Source of the DNA: Chthoniobacteraceae bacterium
GTDB lineage: Bacteria; Verrucomicrobiota; Verrucomicrobiia; Chthoniobacterales; Chthoniobacteraceae
Assembly: GCA_031409335.1 (NCBI GenBank)
Contig: JANNWY010000049.1
Span: 1 to 17,627, forward strand
Direction: 5' to 3'
Length of the DNA stretch: 17,627 nt
The position numbers and the translations under genes are program-made. How positions within the stretch are numbered: the first letter of the stretch is position 1; each line of letters starts with the position of its first letter. The notes below the pieces were generated by a model. That model did not search any database and was not told where the DNA came from. It was given only the letters and a program-made list of their open reading frames with translations. Below, one piece after another: positions 8,851 through 17,494 of this stretch.

Positions 8851-11286
8851 TCAGTGATTGAAGACAAATTCCTTCGCGTTGAGCAGCGCCCAGAACAGAT
8901 TGTCGAGCGCCTCCTGTTTGTTCGGCTCCGCGTCGATTTGCTTGAGCAGGTCGGCCTTTTCCTCAGCCGTCGGCTTGCGGCTGAAGCAGCGGACATAAAG
9001 ATCCTCCACGACCTGCTCGGGCGTTTTTCCTTCCTTCAATTGCTTCGCCACCACGCCGCCTTGTGACACGCGGGCGTTCACGGTTTCGCCGAGGAGGAGA
9101 TGCAGCGCCTGCGAGAGATTCGGCTCCATGATGACTTCGCACGAGCAGACGGTGTCACGCTTGGCGCGGCCGAACGTGGTGAGGAAATACGTGTTCACAT
9201 TGCCGTCAGCGATTTGCACCGCACGCGCGCCGAGCGGCAGTCCCTGGAATTTATTCTTCGTCTCAGTGACCTGCGAAATCGTGTCGAGCAGCACCTCCGC
9301 GCGGATGCGGCGGATGCCGGCGTGTGTGTAGTTTTTCGTGTCGAGTTTGTTCGTCTCGTTGGGCTGCGAGGAGAGCTGGTAAGTGCGCGACTTGCAGATG
9401 TCGGCGACGAGCTTTTTGAAGTCGTAGTTGTATTCCGTGAACCGCTTCGCGAGTTCGTCGAGCAGCTCCGGGTTCGCGGCAGGATTGCTGATGCGCACGT
9501 CGTCCACCGGCTCGATGATACCGCGACCGAGGAAGTGCGCCCAGACGATGTTCACGAGGTTGCGCGCGAAGTAGGGATTCTTCGGCGATGCCAGCCACTC
9601 GGCGAGCACCGCGCGACGGTCCTTGCCCGCGACATCGGGGACTTCCGCCCCGAGAAATTTCGGTGGCATCGCGCGTCCGCCGACCAGGTGCGCGACCTCG
9701 CCTCCGCCGGAGTTGAAGATGATGCGCTCACCCGGATCCTCGGCGGCCTTGCGGCCGATCTGGCTGAAGAAAGCCGCGAAGCTGTAGTAGTCGTCCATTG
9801 TCCAACGGTCGAACGGATGGTTGTGGCACTGCGCGCATTGCATCCGCATGCCCATGAAAACCTGCGCGGTGTTCTCGGCGATTTTCAGCGTCTCCTGCTC
9901 GACCTGATAGTAGTTGGTCGAGGGATTGTTGAAGCTGCCGCCGCTCGCGGAGAGGAGGTCGCGCACGATCTCGTTCATCGGCACATTCTTCGACAGCTTC
10001 TCGTTCAGCCAATTGAAATACAGCAGCGTCGCCTTGTAGCTCATCTTCACATTTCCATCGCTGCGGATTTTCAGCAGCTCGGAGAATTTCATCACCCACA
10101 TCTCGATGAACTCCTTCCGCCCGAGCAGTTCGTCCACGAGCTTGTCGCGCTTCTTCGCATCGGCATCGGCGATGAAACGGTCGCTCTCCTCGCGCGTTGG
10201 CAGCACCCCGGCGATGTCGAGCGTCGCGCGGCGGATGAACACTTCATCGCTGCACAGCTCCGACGGCGTGAGGCGCAGCTTCTTGTGTTTGTTGAAGACG
10301 AGCGCGTCCACGTAGTTGTTTTCGGGAACGTTCGGCCACGCGTAAGGCACGTCCTTCGGGATGACGATGACCTGCGAGCCGACGGTGAACGTCGCGAAGC
10401 GCGCCATGACGAAGGCCTCGCCGCGCTGGCCGGCGGTCACGCGGCCATCGCGGTCAATCTTCGCGGAGGTGTCGTTGTTCGAGAGGAAGAGGCAGAGGTT
10501 CGTCACATCGCGCATCGAGCCATCGGAATACGTGGCGCGCACGGTCATGCGTTGCGTGACGCCTTCGCCTTCGAGCACGGCCTGCTTCGGCAGGATTTCC
10601 ATCGAGACGGGTTTGATGACGTCGGGCGGATCGTTCGGCACGCCTGCCGCCAGCCAGCGGACGAGCGTCTCGTATTCCGGATCGCCCTTTTTGAAAAGCT
10701 CGCCGCCGGTGTGGTTCACCGCGTTGATGCTCTTGAGCACCATCAGCGACTCTTCCGGCAGCGCGAGGTTCGTGCGGCGCGCGGCCATCTCGCGGGTGAT
10801 GCGATAGTGGTCGCCATCGGGGTCAAAGCCGAAGAGCGAAAGGCGGAAGCCATCCTTGCCACGCGCCGCGCCGTGGCACGAGCCGGTATTGCAGCCGACG
10901 CGCATGAAGACGGGTGTCACGTCGTTCTTGAAGCTGACGGGCCGCTCCTTCGCGGCGTCCTTCACGCTGACGGGGACGCTGAGCGACTTGTCCTCGAAAT
11001 CGATTTTCAACTCCGTGGCACCGTCGGCGGCGGGCGTGATGAGGCCGTCGTTCATTTTCACCAGCGCGGGATTGGCGAAGGTGAATTTTGCCTCGGCGGT
11101 GATGTCGCGGGTGACGCCGTCGCTGTAGGTCGCCTGCACGACCATGCTCTGGCGGTCGCGCGCGTGGAGAAGCGCCACGGAGTCCGGGAAGACCTCGACC
11201 TTCGCGAGCGTGCGCTCGGCAAACGCGGGTGCGGCGACGGCGAGCATCGCGAAAAGAAACGAAAGAATGCGCGGATACATATTCAT
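8851..11286 (-). CDS. DUF1549/DUF1553 (PSCyt2/PSD1) protein with bacterial Ig-like domains
   Basis: Likely start ATG 11286 or 11280 (MYPRILSFLFAMLAVAAPAFA signal peptide), not 11478. Two Ig-like ATYSDG..RDVT/RDIT repeats; GCNTGSCHG; FIRRATLDIAGVLPT; MQCAQCHNHPFDRWTMDDYY; NPYFARNLVN..W....GRGII; C-terminal FWALLNAKEFVFNH. Confidence 0.9.
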   Translation of the reverse strand: MNMYPRILSFLFAMLAVAAPAFAERTLAKVEVFPDSVALLHARDRQSMVVQATYSDGVTRDITAEAKFTFANPALVKMNDGLITPAADGATELKIDFEDKSLSVPVSVKDAAKERPVSFKNDVTPVFMRVGCNTGSCHGAARGKDGFRLSLFGFDPDGDHYRITREMAARRTNLALPEESLMVLKSINAVNHTGGELFKKGDPEYETLVRWLAAGVPNDPPDVIKPVSMEILPKQAVLEGEGVTQRMTVRATYSDGSMRDVTNLCLFLSNNDTSAKIDRDGRVTAGQRGEAFVMARFATFTVGSQVIVIPKDVPYAWPNVPENNYVDALVFNKHKKLRLTPSELCSDEVFIRRATLDIAGVLPTREESDRFIADADAKKRDKLVDELLGRKEFIEMWVMKFSELLKIRSDGNVKMSYKATLLYFNWLNEKLSKNVPMNEIVRDLLSASGGSFNNPSTNYYQVEQETLKIAENTAQVFMGMRMQCAQCHNHPFDRWTMDDYYSFAAFFSQIGRKAAEDPGERIIFNSGGGEVAHLVGGRAMPPKFLGAEVPDVAGKDRRAVLAEWLASPKNPYFARNLVNIVWAHFLGRGIIEPVDDVRISNPAANPELLDELAKRFTEYNYDFKKLVADICKSRTYQLSSQPNETNKLDTKNYTHAGIRRIRAEVLLDTISQVTETKNKFQGLPLGARAVQIADGNVNTYFLTTFGRAKRDTVCSCEVIMEPNLSQALHLLLGETVNARVSQGGVVAKQLKEGKTPEQVVEDLYVRCFSRKPTAEEKADLLKQIDAEPNKQEALDNLFWALLNAKEFVFNH

Positions 11287-11308
11287 GATTCGACAGACAC
11301 GGGCGCTG

Positions 11309-13783
11309 CTACTTCCTCGCAGCGCGGGCTTCGCTGGCTTCGAGGCGCAGCTTTTCGAGACGGGTGAGCGGGTTCGCTGGTGCGGCGGGTGCGGCTGGCG
11401 GAGCAGCGGGCGCGGCAGCCGCGACGACGGCCGGCGGCGGTGCGGGCGCGTTCGGCTTTGGCGCGGGCGGCTCGTCAATGCGCAGCACGCCGCCCCCGCC
11501 GACGTTGTGAACGATGGGCTCGCCGTCCTTCATCACGATGACCTGGCAGAAGAGCGACTTGTGCTGCCCGACCGGCGCGTCGGTTGCGAGCGCAGCGTTG
11601 AACGTCACGTCCGCGCTCGCCTTCGTGATGGGCAGTGGATTTTTTTCAATCGTCACCTTTGGCGGCAGTCCGGTGAGCTGCACCTGCGCTTCGCCGTCGA
11701 ATGGCTGCAATTGCTGAATCTTGCAAAGCACGCCCGCAGGTTTGCCCTGCTCGCCTGCTGACATCGGAATCTGCATCGTCAGGAATGGCGCGGAGACGTT
11801 GAGCGTGGCGAGCTGCGAGGAACTCCACACGGCGCCCTTGCCCGCATCGCTCAGGGCGAGAATGGCGATTTTCCAAGCGCGGATCGCGGCATCGCCGTTC
11901 GCGTTCACCGGATACAGCGCCTCGGTCTGGCCTTCGGGAATGACGACTTCATTCGCCGAGCCGACGCCCGGCGGATTCCACAACATGCGCAGGGTGATGG
12001 GCGCCTTGAAGCCCTCTTTGCGCTCGGCGACGACCTTGAGGTTCATCGAGCCGCTTTGCACGAGCGGCACCTTCGGCTCGACGATGCTGATTTTGAACGG
12101 AAGCTCCTCGGTCACGGCGACGGCCATGCGGTCCACCGACTGACGGTAATAGACGGTGGCGTTCGGCGGACCGTAGATGAGCTCGAGCGTCTGGTTGAAG
12201 CCGCCGGTGATGTCCTGGTTCTGCACGTTCTGCCCGGCGAGTGGGATGAGCTTTGCGGCAACCGGGGCGTCGGCAGCGGCTTCAAACACGGCGACCACGT
12301 CGTTGACATTCCCCGCGATGGTATCGCAGGCCAGCGTCACGCCCGCGGCCAGTTCCGGTGCAGCGACCGTCACGTCGCCAGCGAAATCCGCGCGCCCTAC
12401 TCGGATGAGCGTCGCGAAGCGATTGCCGCGCGAGACGGAGACTGTGTTGCGTTCCTGGCTGTTGCGCGCGAACTCCGGAATGCCCAGCGACAGACTCGCG
12501 GTCACCGGCTTGAACTCGACGCGATAGACATATTCCGGACCGCCTTTGCCGAGGTGGTCGCGCACGGCCACGAGATACTCGCCATCCGCCGGCGCGGCCC
12601 AGCGCACCTGGCTGTCCGGTCCGCCCGCGTCGTCGTTGTCGGCGATCTGCGCGCCGTCGCCTTTGTGAATCGTGAGCACGGAATCCAGCGGCGAACGCAC
12701 GCCGCGTGCGACGCAGCGCACATCGAACGTCTGCCCCGCCTTTGCCGTGAAGCGGAAGAAATCAATGTCGCCCGCCTTTTCGATGATGCCGTTGAACGCG
12801 AGCGGAAGTGCCGCGTCAGTCTTCGTCGCTTCGGCGGCGGCGTTGTTCGGCTCGACTTCGAGCACGTTGCCAAACGGCATCACGCGCAACTTGTTCGGCG
12901 ACGGCACAGACTGCCCATCCTGCGCGAAGTAGTAGTCAAAATCGCCCGTCTTTTCCGGCAGTTTGATTTTCTGCGTCACCGGCCCGCGCACATCGCCGAG
13001 CAGCTTCACCTCGATTTCCTCGCCCACTTTTCCGCCCGCCGGATATGGCATCAACGGCCGCGGTGCCTCGCCGACGTGCAGGCAATAGCGGCTGCCGCCG
13101 TTGCCCGCATAGCTGCTCTCGCGCACGGCGATGACATACGTGCCGTCCTCGGGCGCGATGATCGATGCCACCGGATCCTGCAGCGCAAGGGCGGAGTCGT
13201 CGCAGACTGCGAGCTCGAAACGCTTCATGTCGAGAATCGCCACGTAGCAATCCACGAGCGCCGACCCGAGCCGCATCGCTTCGACCTCCGCGGTGATGCG
13301 CTGGCCCTTCTTCGCCTCGACCAGATAGTAATCAATGTCCTCATTGTCTGCGATGCCATGGACGCTCGTGTTCAGCGCCACTTTCTGCGGCGCGGCGAAA
13401 TCGTTGTTCGGCTCCTTTTCATCCACCACCGGATATTGCCCGACGGAAAGCGTCGCCGCCTCGCTGATGCCGCCCGCCGTCCGCACGCGCACGATGTGCG
13501 TGCCGAGCCGCGCGGTCGGGTCGAGCTTGAGCTTCACCTTGAGCTGCGCGGGATTCGCGCCGTCCATCGAGACGACCGAGATGCCCGGTTCGTAGAAAAG
13601 GATTTCCTGCGCGTCGTTTAGCCGCGCGCCGTTAAACAGCGCCTCCGCCTCCGTCCCGCGCTGGATGCTCCGTGGCGTGACGATGGAGAGGTTTGGCGAT
13701 GCGGCGTGCAGCAGCGCCGTGCAAAACAAGAGCGCCAGCGCCGCGAGCCAGCAGGGGTTGCGGTGAGTCATTGGCCGTTTCAT
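11309..13783 (-). CDS. Exported PPC (pre-peptidase C-terminal)-domain repeat protein
   Basis: Signal peptide WLAALALLFCTALLHAA; two E.EPNN motifs (EKEPNND, EVEPNNA) each followed by PPC-like segments (DIDYY..EAKKGQ, DIDFFRFTAKAGQ, DNDDAGGPDS); Pro/Ala linker and terminal LTRLEKLR. No catalytic protease motif seen. Confidence 0.82.
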   Translation of the reverse strand: MKRPMTHRNPCWLAALALLFCTALLHAASPNLSIVTPRSIQRGTEAEALFNGARLNDAQEILFYEPGISVVSMDGANPAQLKVKLKLDPTARLGTHIVRVRTAGGISEAATLSVGQYPVVDEKEPNNDFAAPQKVALNTSVHGIADNEDIDYYLVEAKKGQRITAEVEAMRLGSALVDCYVAILDMKRFELAVCDDSALALQDPVASIIAPEDGTYVIAVRESSYAGNGGSRYCLHVGEAPRPLMPYPAGGKVGEEIEVKLLGDVRGPVTQKIKLPEKTGDFDYYFAQDGQSVPSPNKLRVMPFGNVLEVEPNNAAAEATKTDAALPLAFNGIIEKAGDIDFFRFTAKAGQTFDVRCVARGVRSPLDSVLTIHKGDGAQIADNDDAGGPDSQVRWAAPADGEYLVAVRDHLGKGGPEYVYRVEFKPVTASLSLGIPEFARNSQERNTVSVSRGNRFATLIRVGRADFAGDVTVAAPELAAGVTLACDTIAGNVNDVVAVFEAAADAPVAAKLIPLAGQNVQNQDITGGFNQTLELIYGPPNATVYYRQSVDRMAVAVTEELPFKISIVEPKVPLVQSGSMNLKVVAERKEGFKAPITLRMLWNPPGVGSANEVVIPEGQTEALYPVNANGDAAIRAWKIAILALSDAGKGAVWSSSQLATLNVSAPFLTMQIPMSAGEQGKPAGVLCKIQQLQPFDGEAQVQLTGLPPKVTIEKNPLPITKASADVTFNAALATDAPVGQHKSLFCQVIVMKDGEPIVHNVGGGGVLRIDEPPAPKPNAPAPPPAVVAAAAPAAPPAAPAAPANPLTRLEKLRLEASEARAARK

Positions 13784-13792
13784 TTTGAAAGG

Positions 13793-15142
13793 CTAGGCGA
13801 TGAGTTCCGTCAGCACCTTGCCGCCATCCACGATTTCGATGGGACGGTCGCCGGGTGCCATGAGTTCCTTGTCCGCAACGATGCCGAGCTGGTGGTAAAT
13901 CGTCGTCGCGAAATCCTCGACGGTGAGCGGTTTCTCGTCCGGCTCCGACGCGGTCGCGTCCGACGAACCATAGACCGAGCCCTTTTTGATCCCACCGCCG
14001 GCGAGCACCACGCTGAAAACCTTCGGCCAGTGGTCGCGCCCTGCAGTGGCGTTGATTTTCGGCGTCCGCCCAAACTCGCTGCTCACGACGACGAGCGTCG
14101 AGTCGAGCAACCCGCGCTGCGCGAGGTCTGTGATGAGCATCGCAAACGCCTGGTCGAACGGCGGCATCTGGCCATTGATGGCTCCCGCAATGTTGTCGTG
14201 ATGATCCCAGCCGCCAAACGTCAGCGACACCATCCGCACGCCCGACTCGACAAGCCGGCGGGCCAGCAGCATCCGCATGCCCGCCGCGTTCCGACCGTAG
14301 GCGTCCTTCAGCGCATCCGGCTCGGCCTTCATGTTGAAGGCCTCGCGCGCCTCCGCCGAACTCAACAGCCCGTAAGCGCGCTGGTAGAAAGTGTCCATCG
14401 CATCCAGCGCGTCGGATTTTTCCAGAGTCCGGAAATGCGAGTCCACCGACTGTAACATCGTCTTCGCCTTCGCAAACCGCTCCGGGGTCACGCCGCCCGG
14501 AAGCACGAGGTCTTTCACCTGGAAATTCGCATCCGCCGGGTCCGACCCCAGCGAAAACGGCCCATACGCCGAACTGAGATAGCCGCTCCCCGCGTATTCA
14601 TTCGGCATGCTCGGAACGCACACATACGGCGGCAGATTCTTGCGCGGCCCGAACTCGTGCGAAATCACCGCTCCAAACGACGGATACGAAAGCGCCGGAC
14701 TCGGCCGGTAGCCGGTGAACATATTGTGCGTCCCGCGCTCATGAGCCGCCTCGCCATGCGTCATCGAGCGACACACCGTGATCTTGTCCGCGATCTGCGC
14801 CGTTTTCGCGAGGTTCTGACTGAACAGCACGCCATCGAGTTTCGTCGGCACCGTCCCTAGGGACCCGCGATACTCTACCGGCGCATACGGCTTCGGATCC
14901 CACGATTCCTGATGCGCCATCCCCCCAGGCAGGAAGATATGAATGATGCTCTTCGCCGGCCCTTCTTTCGACTCGTAAAACTTGGTCTCCCCCCGCGCCG
15001 TCATGCGGAAATAATCGCCTAGCGTAATTCCCAGACCGGCCACAAAACCGACCTGCAAAAAGCTGCGTCGTGCCATCCCCTTCGGTCGAAGGAAGTGCGC
15101 GGGGTCATCGTTCCAAGTGCCTGTTATTTTGCGATCATTCAT
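13793..15142 (-). CDS. DUF1501 family protein with twin-arginine-type signal
   Basis: ARRSFLQVG Tat-like motif; IHIFLPGGMAHQESWDPKP; LLARRLVESGVR; GWDHH; DLAQRGLLDSTLVVVSSEFGRTPKIN; GRDHWP; LAGGGIKKG; TIYHQLGI. Confidence 0.93.
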   Translation of the reverse strand: MNDRKITGTWNDDPAHFLRPKGMARRSFLQVGFVAGLGITLGDYFRMTARGETKFYESKEGPAKSIIHIFLPGGMAHQESWDPKPYAPVEYRGSLGTVPTKLDGVLFSQNLAKTAQIADKITVCRSMTHGEAAHERGTHNMFTGYRPSPALSYPSFGAVISHEFGPRKNLPPYVCVPSMPNEYAGSGYLSSAYGPFSLGSDPADANFQVKDLVLPGGVTPERFAKAKTMLQSVDSHFRTLEKSDALDAMDTFYQRAYGLLSSAEAREAFNMKAEPDALKDAYGRNAAGMRMLLARRLVESGVRMVSLTFGGWDHHDNIAGAINGQMPPFDQAFAMLITDLAQRGLLDSTLVVVSSEFGRTPKINATAGRDHWPKVFSVVLAGGGIKKGSVYGSSDATASEPDEKPLTVEDFATTIYHQLGIVADKELMAPGDRPIEIVDGGKVLTELIA

Positions 15143-15250
15143 GCGGAGATGGAGTGCTGAGTTGCCTGTGAGGTTGCAAGTTGCGTGTTAAATTGACTGA
15201 CCCTGCTCGAAAGGGCTTCTTAGAAGCTCAGGCTGTTCGTCGGAAAACAC

Positions 15251-15406
15251 TTATTTTGAGATGTTTAGGACGAGATCAGCGATTTGATGCGAGTGCAAAA
15301 AGCGGTGGCGATTCACCATGCGAAGAATCTCCGTGTCACGCGCCGTCATTTCCATCGGAGCAAAGTTGTCCACGCGCCGAAAGCGCGGATGCCGGGGGAA
15401 CGTCAT
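15251..15406 (-). pseudogene. Truncated second replication-relaxation gene (first 46 codons only)
   Basis: MTFPRHPRFRRVDNFAPMEMTARDTEILRMVNRHRFLHSHQIADLV then LNISK-stop; 42 of 46 residues identical to the N-terminus of 4557..5474. Confidence 0.92.
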
Positions 15407-15423
15407 CGCCGCATTCTACCATG
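15270..15423. repeat. 154-bp direct repeat, copy 2
   Basis: Matches 5335-5488 at an offset of 9935 bp, ~90% identity, no gaps. Confidence 0.95.
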
Positions 15424-15941
15424 AGGACACGCAAGAAAGGCCGACGGTTGTTCACAGCTCCAATGGAAGACAATGGAATGCGGCCCTTGCGCACGCGCGG
15501 GCGAGGATCCTCGCCCTGAGTCAGCCAGCGATTGATCTTCTCCTCCACCTCCGCACGGGGTGCGGCGTATTTTTCGCGCGAGCGGGCGATGAGCTTTTCG
15601 CGCCTACCGAAGCTGTGCTCGATGGGAGGGAGGGTTTTCGCACGGAAGGGTTCGCGCGTTCTGCCGTTCTCGGCGAGACGCGCGATGACTTCGTAGCGAT
15701 CAAGGCCGGTGAAGGTTTCCAGCGGGTAGGTGTTCCCGAACTCTTTGTGCAAAACCTCGGCGTCGGAGTGGCCGATGCGGAAGGACACAAGGGAGCCGAC
15801 ATTGCCAAAGACCGCGCCGCGCACGGTCGGCGGCACCTGCTCGATGTATTGGTGCGAGAGCGCGAGGCAGAGCCGATATTTCCTGGCTTCGGTGTGGATC
15901 GCGGCGAAGGCGTCGGTGGTCAAATTGTGGAATTCGTCGAT
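15336..15941 (-). pseudogene. 3' fragment of a VirD4/TraG-like type IV coupling protein ATPase gene
   Basis: In frame from 15941: IDEFHNLTTDAFAAIHTEARKYRLCLALSHQYIEQVPPTVRGAVFGNVGSLVSFRIGHSDAEVL...SREKYA...EVEEKINRWL. An in-frame TAA (15942-15944) lies immediately upstream, and no Walker A half is present. Confidence 0.87.
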
Positions 15942-15976
15942 TTATGTGGACCACCACATAAATCGACGAGTTCCAC
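15927..15976. repeat. Inverted repeat: 23-bp arms (1 mismatch), 4-nt loop
   Basis: GTGGAATTCGTCGATTTATGTGG (15927-15949), ACCA, CCACATAAATCGACGAGTTCCAC (15954-15976). Confidence 0.97.
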
Positions 15977-16099
15977 TGCTTCATCACGCCTTCGATGGCG
16001 GAGATTTTGACCGGTGCGCGAAAGTATCGTGTCGGCCTCACGCTCGCCCATCAAGAGTTGAGGCAACTCAATTCAAGCGATGAAGTGGCGGGTGCGGTT
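15962..16099 (+). pseudogene. Internal fragment of a second, different VirD4/TraG-like ATPase gene, cut at its 3' side by the IS3 element
   Basis: Hand translation (not in the ORF track): IDEFHCFITPSMAEILTGARKYRVGLTLAHQELRQLNSSDEVAGAV. Same DEFH / ARKYR / L.HQ / AV pattern as the minus-strand fragment. Preceded by TAA and followed directly by the IS left end. Confidence 0.85.
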
Positions 16100-16187
16100 T
16101 GAGGTGGACCCCGAAAATCGGGCCAGAGGTTAAGCTATAAAATGGCGGTGGGAGCGCGTGTAAAAACGCAGCATAAAACCACCGAAA

Positions 16188-16484
16188 ATGAAGAGCAAAC
16201 GCAAGCGGCATGAAGCCGCATTCAAAGCCCGGGTCGCCCTTGAGGCGCTCAAGGGAGTCAAAACCATCCAGCAAATCGCCAGCGAATACGGGGTGCATCC
16301 GGTCCAGGTTTCGGACTGGAAGAAGACCCTGCAGGAACGCATGGCGGGCGTGTTCGACAAGAACGCGCAGACGGGTGCGCCGGAGAGCTTCGAGAAGGAG
16401 CGCGCCGAACTGCACGAGACGATCGGGAAACTGACGGTCCAAGTGGATTTCCTGACAAAAAAATCCAAACAACTCGGCCTATGA
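16188..16484 (+). CDS. IS3-family transposase OrfA (HTH)
   Basis: KRKRHEAAFKARVALEALKG.KTIQQIASEYGVHPVQVSDWKK HTH; ELHETIGKLTVQVDFLTKK zipper-like end. Confidence 0.93.
   Translation: MKSKRKRHEAAFKARVALEALKGVKTIQQIASEYGVHPVQVSDWKKTLQERMAGVFDKNAQTGAPESFEKERAELHETIGKLTVQVDFLTKKSKQLGL
16457..16463 (+). promoter_or_regulatory. Putative -1 programmed frameshift site (A AAA AAA) fusing OrfA to OrfB
   Basis: OrfA reads ACA AAA AAA TCC. The -1 frame reads AAA AAA ATC CAA ACA ACT CGG CCT ATG AGC with no stop into OrfB. Confidence 0.75.
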
Positions 16485-17353
16485 GCGGGCGTGCCGAGTT
16501 GGTCGAAAAAGGACATCCGCAACTGAGTGTGAGGGAGCAATGCCAGATGCTGGACATCGCGCGTTCGACGCTCGATTACCAGCCGGTGCCTGAGAGCGCG
16601 GAGGATCGAAAGATCAAGCGGCTCATGGACGAGACCTACCTGCGCGACGCCTGCCTGGGGACACGCCGACTGGTGACGGTGCTGGAACGCGACCACGGGC
16701 TGGTGGTAAATCGAAAGCGGTTGCAGCGGCTGCGGCGCGAGATGGGACTGGAGACGATCTACTGCCGGCCGCGGACGAGCGTGCCGGACCGGGAACATGT
16801 CAAGTATCCCTACCTGCTGCGGGAGTTGGCCATCACCCGGCCCAACCAGGTCTGGTGTGCGGACATCACCTACGTGCCGATGCCGCACGGCCATGCGTTT
16901 CTGTGCGCGGTGATGGACTGGCACTCGCGCAAAGTCCTCGGCTGGGCGTTGAGCAACACGATGGACGTGGCGCTGGTGGTGGCGGCGTTCACGCAGGCCG
17001 TGGGCGATGGCAGCGTGCTGCCCGAAATCATGAACACCGACCAGGGCAGCCAGTTCACGGCGGTGGAATGGATCGAGGAACTCAAGAGCCGCGCGATCGC
17101 CATCAGTATGGACGGCAAGGGGCGGTGGATGGACAACGTGTTCATCGAGCGGCTGTGGCGGAGCGTCAAATACGAGGACATCTACCTGCACGAATACGCG
17201 ACCATCGCCGCGCTGGAGGCGGGGCTGCGGCGGTGGTTCGAGCAATACAACCACTGGCGGCCCCACGAGTCGCTTGGCGGAGAAACCCCGGCGCAAGTGC
17301 ATGGGAAAAAGCCGGCGGCCGAGAGCGCGGCGCCATTGAAAACCGCGGCATGA
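16481..17353 (+). CDS. IS3-family transposase OrfB (DDE integrase core)
   Basis: PNQVWCADITY, AVMDWHSRKVLGW, NTDQGSQF, MDGKGRWMDNVFIERLWRSVKYE, YNHWRPHESLGGETP; ATGA overlap with the orfA stop. Confidence 0.95.
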   Translation: MSGRAELVEKGHPQLSVREQCQMLDIARSTLDYQPVPESAEDRKIKRLMDETYLRDACLGTRRLVTVLERDHGLVVNRKRLQRLRREMGLETIYCRPRTSVPDREHVKYPYLLRELAITRPNQVWCADITYVPMPHGHAFLCAVMDWHSRKVLGWALSNTMDVALVVAAFTQAVGDGSVLPEIMNTDQGSQFTAVEWIEELKSRAIAISMDGKGRWMDNVFIERLWRSVKYEDIYLHEYATIAALEAGLRRWFEQYNHWRPHESLGGETPAQVHGKKPAAESAAPLKTAA

Positions 17354-17400
17354 ACCCGACCCCAAGCGCAAACCCGAACAAGGCAGGGAGGGATTTTGCA

Positions 17401-17494
17401 TCCGCTTTTTTGCTCCTCCACTCCGGGCGGCTGCGAGCCTCACCGCTACGCTCCGAGGCTCTTGCCGCCCTCCGTTCCGGAGCAAAAAAGCGGA
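17401..17494. repeat. Long nested stem-loop in the IS 3' non-coding region
   Basis: TCCGCTTTTTTGCTCC (17401-17416) / GGAGCAAAAAAGCGGA (17479-17494), perfect 16 bp; inner GGGCGGC/GCCGCCC and GAGCCTC/GAGGCTC; loop ACCGCTACGCTCC. Confidence 0.9.

Noticed and set aside
8841..8996. Track start at 8996 for the WD40 gene (likewise 11478 for the DUF1549 gene)
   Set aside because: The extensions overlap the upstream genes; signal peptides begin at 8840 and 11286/11280.
7686..14455. Long plus-strand ORFs (391, 755, 521 and 249 aa)
   Set aside because: Antisense shadows of well-supported minus-strand genes in high-GC DNA.
15175..15190. Sigma-54-like TAACACGCAACTTGCA upstream of DUF1501 (minus strand)
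   Set aside because: Spacing and the TTGC match, but the essential -24 GG is AA.
15927..15976. Palindrome read as a terminator or a simple fold-back artefact
   Set aside because: No U-tract follows, and the arms continue into two different paralogous sequences rather than a mirror copy. A chimera still needs excluding with reads.
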